Virus record (IMG/VR): IMGVR_UViG_2531839486_000019
Span: 1 to 38,567 of that record
DNA from: a virus
Lineage: Duplodnaviria > Heunggongvirae > Uroviricota > Caudoviricetes
Strand: one strand, 5' to 3'
Length of the DNA: 38,567 bases
Below the pieces are notes generated by a model. The model was not told the DNA's origin. It made no database searches and saw only the letters and a program-made list of their open reading frames with translations. The stretch's first letter is position 1. Each line of letters opens with the position of its first letter. Positions 1 to 7,513 of this stretch are shown piece after piece. Both the position numbers and the translations under genes were made by a program.

Positions 1-516
1 ATGAAATTTAAAAAATGTCTTCTGCCTGTGGCAATGTTAGCGTCATTCACTCTGGCAGGATGCCAGTCAAATGCTGACGATCATGCTGCCGATGTTTATC
101 AAACCGATCAACTGAATACCAAACAAGAAACTAAAACCGTTAATATTATTTCCATTCTTCCCGCAAAAGTTGCCGTAGACAACTCCCAAAATAAACGGAA
201 CGCACAAGCCTTCGGCGCGCTTATTGGCGCAGTCGCTGGCGGTGTTATCGGCCACAACGTCGGGTCTGGCAGCAATTCCGGAACGACGGCAGGGGCAGTT
301 GGCGGCGGAGCTGTAGGCGCGGCAGCGGGTTCTATGGTGAATGATAAAACCTTAGTGGAAGGTGTTTCTTTAACCTATAAGGAAGGCACCAAAGTGTATA
401 CCTCTACCCAGGTGGGTAAAGAGTGCCAGTTTACGACAGGTTTAGCCGTTGTTATTACCACGACGTATAACGAAACGCGTATTCAGCCAAATACCAAATG
501 TCCTGAAAAGAGCTAA
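1..516 (+). CDS. Gly/Ala-rich (glycine-zipper) lipoprotein, SlyB/YcfJ-like; probably host or prophage-flank gene
   Basis: ATG at 1; signal peptide with lipobox L-A-G-C; GAVAGGVIGH and GGGAVGAAAG glycine-zipper stretches; RBS not visible at window edge. Confidence 0.6.
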   Translation: MKFKKCLLPVAMLASFTLAGCQSNADDHAADVYQTDQLNTKQETKTVNIISILPAKVAVDNSQNKRNAQAFGALIGAVAGGVIGHNVGSGSNSGTTAGAVGGGAVGAAAGSMVNDKTLVEGVSLTYKEGTKVYTSTQVGKECQFTTGLAVVITTTYNETRIQPNTKCPEKS

Positions 517-531
517 TAATCAGGAGGAGTC

Positions 532-1071
532 ATGAAGAAAGTTTTTCTTTGCGCCATCTTAGCCTCCTTAAGCTATCCGGCTATCGCCTCATCATTGCAG
601 GATCAACTCTCTGCTGTCGCAGAAGCGGAACAGCAAGGTAAAAATGAAGAGCAAAGGCAGCATGACGAATGGGTCGCGGAGCGCAACAGGGAAATCCAGC
701 AAGAGAAGCAACGTCGCGCAAATGCCCAGGCCGCCGCTAACAAAAGAGCGGCAACGGCAGCGGCAAATAAGAAAGCTCGTCAGGATAAACTGGACGCCGA
801 AGCCTCTGCGGACAAAAAACGCGATCAAAGTTATGAAGATGAGCTACGCAGCTTAGAGATTCAGAAACAAAAACTGGCGCTGGCAAAAGAAGAAGCCCGC
901 GTTAAGCGAGAAAACGAATTTATCGATCAGGAACTGAAGCACAAAGCTGCGCAAACCGATGTGGTGCAATCTGAAGCTGACGCCAACAGAAATATGACTG
1001 AAGGCGGTCGCGATCTGATGAAAAGCGTGGGCAAAGCAGAAGAGAACAAATCGGACAGCTGGTTTAATTAA
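532..1071 (+). CDS. secreted Ala/Lys/Glu/Gln-rich coiled-coil protein, function unknown
   Basis: RBS caGGAGGagtc 5 nt before ATG; N-terminal signal peptide; low-complexity charged helical composition. Confidence 0.55.
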   Translation: MKKVFLCAILASLSYPAIASSLQDQLSAVAEAEQQGKNEEQRQHDEWVAERNREIQQEKQRRANAQAAANKRAATAAANKKARQDKLDAEASADKKRDQSYEDELRSLEIQKQKLALAKEEARVKRENEFIDQELKHKAAQTDVVQSEADANRNMTEGGRDLMKSVGKAEENKSDSWFN

Positions 1072-1110
1072 TCGATGTTAGTAACTTCAATCCTATAATT
1101 CTTGAAGATA

Positions 1111-1143
1111 AAAAACCCTCTGTAGTAACAGAGGGTTTTGTTC
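1111..1143. terminator. bidirectional rho-independent terminator after the flank genes
   Basis: A-run, stem aaccctctg (1114-1122) / cagagggtt (1129-1137), loop tagtaa, then T-run. Confidence 0.6.
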
Positions 1144-1265
1144 ATTCATAGTGCAGGGTCAAATCATTCCCACTCAATTATTTACGGCTTACATAACCAA
1201 TTGACTGATAACAACTTTCCGCAACCTTATTTTCACCGTACCGTTTTATATACCGTCACCGGAAA

Positions 1266-1754
1266 TCAGTGCCCCATTTTCAGGGAGTCGTACTGCCGCT
1301 CGCATGTCAGTCCTGCAGAACGATATCGCTCAGCCTCTTCTGCTGCTGCGATGTAAGCTCGGTTGCTTTCTTCAAGCATGTCGGCGAGCACACCGATGAC
1401 CTTGCTGGCTGGCGTGCCAGCGGGGAAAGATCCGGTATAGTGTTCGGCGAGTCGCTTGGTTTTGTCAAGTTCGGCGCGCAGGCCGTCAGCAGCGGTATTA
1501 GCATGCTCAGCATCAACACGCGCCACATCGATACGGGATTGTGCTTCACGTTCAATTTGTGTTTTCTCCTGATCACGTTGTGCCCTGGCCTTATCATCAG
1601 CCTGTTTCTGATCTGCCTGTGCCTGCGCATACCCCGCATCGTACTGGCGGCTGCCGTGTACATTCCAGGCAACCACACCTCCGATGACAAGAGCAGCAAG
1701 CATCAACACGATAAGCAACTTTTTCCAGTACGCTTTGACGAGTGCCCAGATCAT
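1266..1754 (-). CDS. Rz-like inner-membrane spanin (i-spanin)
   Basis: ATG at 1752-1754 overlaps endolysin stop (1751-1753); N-terminal TM (LLIVLMLAALVIGGVVAW) then charged coiled coil; the track ORF extends further 5' as an artefact. Confidence 0.65.
   Translation of the reverse strand: MIWALVKAYWKKLLIVLMLAALVIGGVVAWNVHGSRQYDAGYAQAQADQKQADDKARAQRDQEKTQIEREAQSRIDVARVDAEHANTAADGLRAELDKTKRLAEHYTGSFPAGTPASKVIGVLADMLEESNRAYIAAAEEAERYRSAGLTCERQYDSLKMGH
1307..1528 (-). CDS. Rz1-like outer-membrane lipoprotein spanin (o-spanin), nested in the +1 frame of Rz
   Basis: internal ATG at 1526-1528; lipobox LLTAC followed by Pro-rich segment (PNLTKPSDSPNTIPDLSP); nested within the i-spanin gene. Confidence 0.45.
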   Translation of the reverse strand: MWRVLMLSMLIPLLTACAPNLTKPSDSPNTIPDLSPLARQPARSSVCSPTCLKKATELTSQQQKRLSDIVLQD

Positions 1755-2377
1755 AAAAGCACCTTGCTGGCGGTAATGTACCGCGCGCGACGGTCGTCGA
1801 TACCGTTCTGCCCACCATTGATGATCTGCGTGACGCGCACCAGGTCGCCGGTGTACTTCATGCAGCCTTTGGTTGCAAAGAACCACGCCGCGCTACGGGC
1901 CGCGTATTCGTCCTGCGCCAGCAGTTCCGGTTGTTTGACCAGATCCACCTTCAGGCCGTTGCCGCAGTCCCGGTAGTTGTTCAGGCCGGTGATCTGGATA
2001 AGCCCGCGCCCGCGGTAAAACCAGCCGTCGGTCGGCCCGTTATTCCCCATGCGTTTGCTGTACACCAGGTTGGCGATCGCACGCTGGCGTTCCAGTGGCA
2101 GTGACGGCTCACCAGCACGACGGCCCAGCGCGTTGGCCTGTCCCTGAGTGAGACGCCCGGCGCGGACGAATCCTGCCAGCCCGGTAACGCTGTAGTTAAA
2201 GTTCTCCTGAAGCCGGGTAAAGCCGCCTGACTCATGCCCCGCCTGCGCGATAAACATCGCCTGGTGCAGCGGCTGCTCAATACCAAACTCTTTCATAGCC
2301 GCGGTGATATGCAGATACCAGCGCGTGGCCAGTACGTCACTGATACCAGCGGCACGCTGGAATTGTTTAATGTCCAT
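1751..2377 (-). CDS. endolysin, glycoside hydrolase family 19 (chitinase-like lysozyme)
   Basis: FIAQAGHESGGF and GRGLIQITG motifs typical of GH19 phage endolysins; sits between holin-like and spanin genes. Confidence 0.85.
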   Translation of the reverse strand: MDIKQFQRAAGISDVLATRWYLHITAAMKEFGIEQPLHQAMFIAQAGHESGGFTRLQENFNYSVTGLAGFVRAGRLTQGQANALGRRAGEPSLPLERQRAIANLVYSKRMGNNGPTDGWFYRGRGLIQITGLNNYRDCGNGLKVDLVKQPELLAQDEYAARSAAWFFATKGCMKYTGDLVRVTQIINGGQNGIDDRRARYITASKVLL

Positions 2378-2660
2378 GCTGGGACCTCGTTATCTTGAAA
2401 ATTTGTACCACGTTCCCTTTTGTCTTGATGAGCGCAGCCAGGAACACGGCTTTGATGATGACTTCTGACCAGTCGGCGCTGACGTAGTAACCGTAGAAGG
2501 TTCGGATAGGTACGCTGGCGGCCACGACGATAAGCAGGTATGCGAGCCATCCACCCCACCAGCGATGGCGTGACCCGTCACGGCGGAACAGAAGCACTCG
2601 GATTGCAATGCCGCCGCAGATAGCGGCATTAAGGATGAGAAGAAGCTCAGGACTGGTCAT
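2367..2660 (-). CDS. holin-like small membrane protein
   Basis: 97 aa, 2-3 hydrophobic helices; ATG at 2658-2660; stop overlaps endolysin start by 11 nt. Confidence 0.55.
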   Translation of the reverse strand: MTSPELLLILNAAICGGIAIRVLLFRRDGSRHRWWGGWLAYLLIVVAASVPIRTFYGYYVSADWSEVIIKAVFLAALIKTKGNVVQIFKITRSQHGH

Positions 2661-3060
2661 CGTCTTTTCTCCCCGGGATCAGGTCGCGTGGATTTCCAGA
2701 ACGGTGATACAGCCAGGTACCGATACCAACAGCCACGATTGAAGAAACAAACGCCCCTGCTGAGTACGCTACCCCTTTCTCAAACATATCTGTGGTGATA
2801 CCAGGAAAAGCGGATGCAAAGCCGATGAGAAGTGTTGCTGTCGGTTTGTAGAAGAGAACTCCGCATAGGTAGCTGAGGAACGCCAGCAGTAACCGACGTT
2901 TAATCGGATACTCTACTGCTGAGGTAACAAAAATTACCGCACCAGCAAGCGAACCTAACGCCACCTCGGGAGGGACACCGACGACAACTGAAGCCATCGC
3001 ACCCAGACTAAGCCCCTGATTGAGTGACTCCGTTGTCAGCACATGTGCCATAGTGACCAC
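2647..3060 (-). CDS. membrane protein of the lysis cassette (second holin or antiholin candidate)
   Basis: 137 aa with several TM segments; stop overlaps next gene start by 14 nt; alternative start at Met4. Confidence 0.5.
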   Translation of the reverse strand: MVTMAHVLTTESLNQGLSLGAMASVVVGVPPEVALGSLAGAVIFVTSAVEYPIKRRLLLAFLSYLCGVLFYKPTATLLIGFASAFPGITTDMFEKGVAYSAGAFVSSIVAVGIGTWLYHRSGNPRDLIPGRKDDDQS

Positions 3061-3148
3061 CGTTTAATGTGCATAAAGAACCCCCTTAGTTGGTGAGTTC
3101 ATCATACACAATAAACCATATCTGGATTAATAATCACCAGATTTATCC

Positions 3149-3177
3149 TAGTCAAATTACCTTTTGGGTGATATAGT
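3149..3177 (+). promoter_or_regulatory. candidate promoter of the acyltransferase gene with operator-like dyad in the spacer
   Basis: -35-like TAGTCA (3149-3154), 17-bp spacer containing TTACC-TTTTG-GGTGA (3157-3171), -10 TATAGT (3172-3177). Confidence 0.4.
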
Positions 3178-3204
3178 TAATTTCTATACCCCCAAACATT
3201 TACC

Positions 3205-4215
3205 ATGAACATGAAAACATTAAATGGATTAACTATTTTCAGGTTTGTAGCTGCGTTTTATGTATTTATATTTCACTGCAATATCAGATTCCCAGCAGAA
3301 ATTGGTGATTTTCTAAACAGAATTGTTAAGAATGGTGCAATTGGAATGACATTCTTTTTTGTTCTGTCTGGTTTTGTCATGGCATGGTCATCGCAAGGTG
3401 GGGTGAAGTCTGATTATTTTGCGCGTCGCTTAAGGAGAATTTACCCAGCGTATATTTTTATGGGATTGGTGAGTCTCCCATTTATTATTGATTTAAAGCC
3501 ACAGCAAATCGTTCCATCTTTATTAATGTTCATTACTGGAACTCAGGCATGGATACCTTCTTCATTTTCACTATGGAACTTCATTGGTTCGTGGTCGGTA
3601 TCGACTGAGCTATTTTTTTATGCAACGTTCCCTATCTTGTTCCCATTGATTAAGAAAAGACCAGGGGCCTTTCTTCTTTCATCATTGGCTGTAACTTCAC
3701 TGCTGGTTCCGTTCTCTATAATGCTTGGGAGCGGCTCACAGTTCCCTTTGTTCTATGTCAGCCCAATCCACCGGCTACCTGAGTTTATCATTGGCGTATG
3801 CGCTGGGGTTTACTTTACCAATGGGATAAGGTTATCGCGTCGCAATAGTGTTCTCCTTATTGCATTATCATTATTAACATTAACAGTAATATCAACAAGA
3901 ATGAATTCTGGGTTTATGACTATGAATTTATTCACAGTCCCAGCCACTGCCATACTCATTTTTTCTCTTGCATCTTTAAATGTGAGAGATGATGGATTAG
4001 CGGCGCTTCCCATATACTTTGGAAAAATTAGCTACTCTTTCTATTTGATGCAGATACCATTGATAATGTTTATCGAAAAATATCATTACCTGTTTAATGA
4101 TATGAATACGTTATCATGCTGGGTAGGCATGTTTATAGCTAACACAATAATGGCATGCATATCTTATCACTTCGTAGAAGAAGCCTTTATGAAAATGAAA
4201 TACCAATCCGCCTAA
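3205..4215 (+). CDS. acyltransferase family 3 membrane protein (OafA/Oac-like O-antigen acetyltransferase candidate); lysogenic-conversion cargo
   Basis: 336 aa multi-TM protein with N-terminal acyltransferase-3 signature (FRFVAAFYVFIFHC, FFVLSGFV); opposite strand to late genes; AT-rich; next to tailspike. Confidence 0.8.
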   Translation: MNMKTLNGLTIFRFVAAFYVFIFHCNIRFPAEIGDFLNRIVKNGAIGMTFFFVLSGFVMAWSSQGGVKSDYFARRLRRIYPAYIFMGLVSLPFIIDLKPQQIVPSLLMFITGTQAWIPSSFSLWNFIGSWSVSTELFFYATFPILFPLIKKRPGAFLLSSLAVTSLLVPFSIMLGSGSQFPLFYVSPIHRLPEFIIGVCAGVYFTNGIRLSRRNSVLLIALSLLTLTVISTRMNSGFMTMNLFTVPATAILIFSLASLNVRDDGLAALPIYFGKISYSFYLMQIPLIMFIEKYHYLFNDMNTLSCWVGMFIANTIMACISYHFVEEAFMKMKYQSA

Positions 4216-4247
4216 AGTTAACACCCCCTCAATCGAGGGGGGCAAGA

Positions 4248-6536
4248 CTACAGTACAGGGGAAAGTGATACTCTTAACCCGGATGTAGACGATAGGGTTA
4301 AAGAACCAACAGCTTTGATATTGAGAATATCTCCAGTTGTAACAAATTTAACCATGTCTACCGTCTGCCCTGCGGAAGCATTCTCCTCAGAAGCTCCATT
4401 AATGCCAAAAGTTAACGATCCCGAAGATACCCCTCTGGCAAACACAGAAATTCTTACCAGCGCTGGTGCATTGAACTGAATAGTACCTCCGGATAACGCA
4501 GCGTTTGCCGTCCCATTTAACGAAGAGAATGTCACTTCTGCTCCAGATGCGAATGATGTTCCGGTTGTTACGGTTGTCTGACCAAACCCGACCATTCGGT
4601 TTTTAAAACGGTAAGAATCAAGGCTGGTCAAGCTGATATTAGAAAGTCGCGTATTTGCTGATATGTCAAGATATCCTCCAGATTCATTTATCACTCTTGT
4701 GTTAGCCGCATCAGCCAAAATAGTAGATGGCCTCAAGTTTAGCCTTCCTCCTGAAAGAACATGAATGATCCCCTCTGATGTCGAGTCTTGTGTGACATGA
4801 AAAATAGCGCTGAGATTAACATCGATATTTGAATTTGATCCTACGCGTAATATACAAGCAGCTGAACTTTCGCAAGATACATCTCCATAAAACCAACTAT
4901 TGGTTGTCTGAAAACAAGAAGGAGTTGGGGAGGAAGCGGTGTGTTTTTTTATATTTTCAAAAGTCACGCGTTCCAGCTTGCCATTGCCAAAATACTCAAC
5001 CTGCATACCGCGAGTATAACCATTAAATGACAGACGAAACGATACTGAGTTACCACAGTCAAGAGTCGTCGAAAAATGGTCAGCCCAAAGCCCAAAAGAC
5101 AAGACAGGATCGGAGGTTTCAGCAGCCAAGCCTACATGCCTTCCAGCTAATTTACCAAGGAACGCAACGTTAAATCTAATCCCCCCATTAAACCCCCGGC
5201 TGTCGATCTCAATGTCAAAGTCTGCCATATGAGGGGCATAAATCGCCCAGTCAGATTTCATACTTGATTGCAACGTAAAACCTTTGGCTACAATCCCCCT
5301 TGCGAAGGGGGTTGCAGCATTCTGCCGCTTAATGATGACCCCAGCATCCACATCAAAGGGTACAAGGTCACCAACACCAGGATAGGCAAGAGGAGGAATG
5401 CCACTGGTAGTGTTATCAACTTTCACAAATCTGGGTGTAAAAGCTGCATCACTACCTATTGTCATTCCTTCAATGTGATTGTAGTAATCAAGTACGATCG
5501 GTTTTTTATGATAAATAACAGATGTAATGTAAACAATTGAATAACCAAACCTAGATCGGGTAACTGCCTGTGCTATAAAAGCGTCATTTTGCTCTGCAAA
5601 TGATTCATCAATAATTTTTACACCGAATTGCTGAAAATTGTATGTATCCTTCTTCATAAGCCATGCAAATTTTGTTTCGTCGATAACTACTGACCCAGCA
5701 TCCGTATAGTCCTGAAGAGGTGCACCTTCGCTAATAATGTAATCCGCGCCACCTCCGTCGTTTGGCGTATAGTAGCCCAGCGTTCTGCACACCTTCCCGA
5801 CGGCTGGTGCAGTTGAGATCATATCAGCTACGTTCTGAAAGACGTTATCCACTCCACCGATCAGCAAAGACCCATGTGTTGCAGCAAGCTGTATAAGAAC
5901 ATCAGAGGCCGAACCAGAAGGAGGCAGTACGACAAATGGATTACCCGAACTGTCGAAGGCAATCATTTTGTTTGCCCTGGTAGCCGCATCAGGTAGCTGA
6001 GATATAGGATCTGGGACTCGTAACGTGCGACTAAAATTGTTGTTCGCCAGCGTATCAACATAATTCTTGGTGGCCGCATCCTGCGGGTCGCGCGGATCTC
6101 GAAGATTACGGATGTAGTTGTTAAGGGCGTCGTACCAGTTCGCAATGCTGGACGGTTTACGCAGCGCCAGGCGAAACATACTGTAGGCCTGCTGGATCAG
6201 CATCGTCAGCTTATCGAAAGCGTCTTCATGTACCTCAGCGAAGAACTTGCCCTGATTACGCAAATCAGTTTCCTGCGTAACCGGGAGGTCTCGTGATATA
6301 GAAATCTGATAACCGTTAGCCAACGCCTTCGACAGAATTACATTACCGCCGTTGTACCCTCCCGCACCAGTTACTGTGTAATCAGTATCAAGAGCCAGCA
6401 CAGCGATATTTTCATCAAGGTCAACCACCTGAACAACCAGGTCGGATTTTTTGAAAATACGGAAGGTATACGGAAATGATGTCGTAGCGCCGTTACCGGT
6501 GTATTCGTTGTGGTCAACTTCGGTTGAGACCGTCAT
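4248..6536 (-). CDS. tailspike / tail fiber with T7 gp17-like N-terminal anchor domain and large C-terminal receptor-binding (probable depolymerase) domain
   Basis: ATG 6534-6536 with RBS GGAGA 8 nt upstream; N-terminal ~110 aa resemble podovirus tail-fiber N-domain; C-terminal two-thirds AT-rich. Confidence 0.85.
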   Translation of the reverse strand: MTVSTEVDHNEYTGNGATTSFPYTFRIFKKSDLVVQVVDLDENIAVLALDTDYTVTGAGGYNGGNVILSKALANGYQISISRDLPVTQETDLRNQGKFFAEVHEDAFDKLTMLIQQAYSMFRLALRKPSSIANWYDALNNYIRNLRDPRDPQDAATKNYVDTLANNNFSRTLRVPDPISQLPDAATRANKMIAFDSSGNPFVVLPPSGSASDVLIQLAATHGSLLIGGVDNVFQNVADMISTAPAVGKVCRTLGYYTPNDGGGADYIISEGAPLQDYTDAGSVVIDETKFAWLMKKDTYNFQQFGVKIIDESFAEQNDAFIAQAVTRSRFGYSIVYITSVIYHKKPIVLDYYNHIEGMTIGSDAAFTPRFVKVDNTTSGIPPLAYPGVGDLVPFDVDAGVIIKRQNAATPFARGIVAKGFTLQSSMKSDWAIYAPHMADFDIEIDSRGFNGGIRFNVAFLGKLAGRHVGLAAETSDPVLSFGLWADHFSTTLDCGNSVSFRLSFNGYTRGMQVEYFGNGKLERVTFENIKKHTASSPTPSCFQTTNSWFYGDVSCESSAACILRVGSNSNIDVNLSAIFHVTQDSTSEGIIHVLSGGRLNLRPSTILADAANTRVINESGGYLDISANTRLSNISLTSLDSYRFKNRMVGFGQTTVTTGTSFASGAEVTFSSLNGTANAALSGGTIQFNAPALVRISVFARGVSSGSLTFGINGASEENASAGQTVDMVKFVTTGDILNIKAVGSLTLSSTSGLRVSLSPVL

Positions 6537-6614
6537 GTTAAATCTCCAGATAGTCGCAGCACCCGTTGCGCCGCATATCTGGTTATTCTATTACCTGAAA
6601 AACCACATATGGAT

Positions 6615-6656
6615 AGACAACCCATAAATAAGAACAGATATTACCTTTCAGGTGAT
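6615..6656 (+). promoter_or_regulatory. candidate promoter plus operator-like dyad upstream of the 85-aa plus-strand gene
   Basis: -35-like TAGACA (6615-6620), 17-bp spacer, -10-like GATATT (6638-6643) overlapping dyad TTACC-TTTCA-GGTGA (6642-6656). Confidence 0.4.
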
Positions 6657-6731
6657 TCGCAAAACGTGCTGGATAGCAAACAAATTATTTGCTACTGTAT
6701 AAATATACAGTTATTGCATGGAGAAGATAAG

Positions 6732-6989
6732 ATGCAGCAGTATCACTATCCACTGGAAGACGGATTTACCGAAAGGATTCACACGCCGGGAGGCGTCAGA
6801 TCACTAGTGGAGGGATCGCACTTGATGAAATTACTCCGGGATCTCGATAAGGATGGATTTAATGTCGATGGCCCACTTGCCGAACTGACTGCACTGATTA
6901 ACTACGTCACCAGCTCACAGATGTCTATGCAGGATCTGCAAACACATCTCGACTATTGTGCCGAACAATTACGAAAACAAACTACATAA
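6732..6989 (+). CDS. hypothetical 85-aa protein (cargo gene on opposite strand to late genes)
   Basis: internal ATG at 6732 preceded by GGAGAAG; the longer track ORF from 6609 lacks an RBS; TAA at 6987-6989. Confidence 0.5.
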   Translation: MQQYHYPLEDGFTERIHTPGGVRSLVEGSHLMKLLRDLDKDGFNVDGPLAELTALINYVTSSQMSMQDLQTHLDYCAEQLRKQTT

Positions 6990-6990
6990 A

Positions 6991-7012
6991 GAAAAGGCCG
7001 CGAAAGCGGCCT
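6991..7012 (-). terminator. rho-independent terminator acting on the minus strand
   Basis: stem aggccgc / gcggcct with GAAA loop; on the minus strand it is followed by TTTTCTTT. Confidence 0.5.
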
Positions 7013-7020
7013 GTGACATG

Positions 7021-7317
7021 TCACGTTCCTTTTCTGAATGCTAGCCATTCGAAAAATGATGACATTCCACCGCAGACAATAGCAAAGATGATCCCACCAA
7101 AGAAGAGAAGGCCAGCCTGCCACCACTCCCACCGCCATACATCCACAGCGCCAACCATACCAACAATCGCTCCAACAAATGGAATATAGCTCACGATGAA
7201 AGCAATGGGGGCTGCAATTATCCAGTGCAATCCCCACCATGATTCAAGCCCAGCCATAATTGCTGCCAACTGAAAAAGACCAACGACGATATAAACAATG
7301 AATCCTATAGCTTGCAT
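7021..7317 (-). CDS. small membrane protein (3 predicted TM helices), function unknown
   Basis: ATG at 7315-7317 with RBS AGGTGA; the N-terminal extension of the track ORF is unsupported; hydrophobic, Trp-rich. Confidence 0.5.
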   Translation of the reverse strand: MQAIGFIVYIVVGLFQLAAIMAGLESWWGLHWIIAAPIAFIVSYIPFVGAIVGMVGAVDVWRWEWWQAGLLFFGGIIFAIVCGGMSSFFEWLAFRKGT

Positions 7318-7513
7318 GTAGTCACCTAATTTACCCAGTAAAAATAAGAGGCCTCCCCTCAATAAGGCTTGCAACAAGAACGACTCCCTGCACAACAAAG
7401 ATGAACCAGCAAATAGCTTGAGTCTGAGGGTTAAGAAAATATTTGTAGCGGTCAATAAATAACAATCCACCAGAAATTATCACACTCAAAATAATTAAAA
7501 ACACAACACTTCC

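Noticed and set aside
592-856. Overlapping ORFs 592..828 (-) and 644..856 (+) within the flank gene
   Set aside because: Alternative-frame artefacts of the Ala/Lys/Glu/Gln-rich repetitive coding sequence of the 532..1071 gene.
1755-1886. N-terminal 44-codon extension of the track ORF 1266..1886
   Set aside because: It overlaps the 3' end of the endolysin gene in another frame and translates as Arg/His-rich junk; the ATG at 1752-1754 gives a typical spanin N-terminus and overlaps the endolysin stop.
1269-1976. 235-aa plus-strand ORF
   Set aside because: Antisense to the spanin and endolysin genes; Cys/Ser-rich low-complexity translation; no RBS; not consistent with the operon direction.
6609-6731. 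5' extension of the track ORF 6609..6989
   Set aside because: It would start inside the promoter/operator module and lacks an RBS; the ATG at 6732 has a GGAGAAG Shine-Dalgarno.
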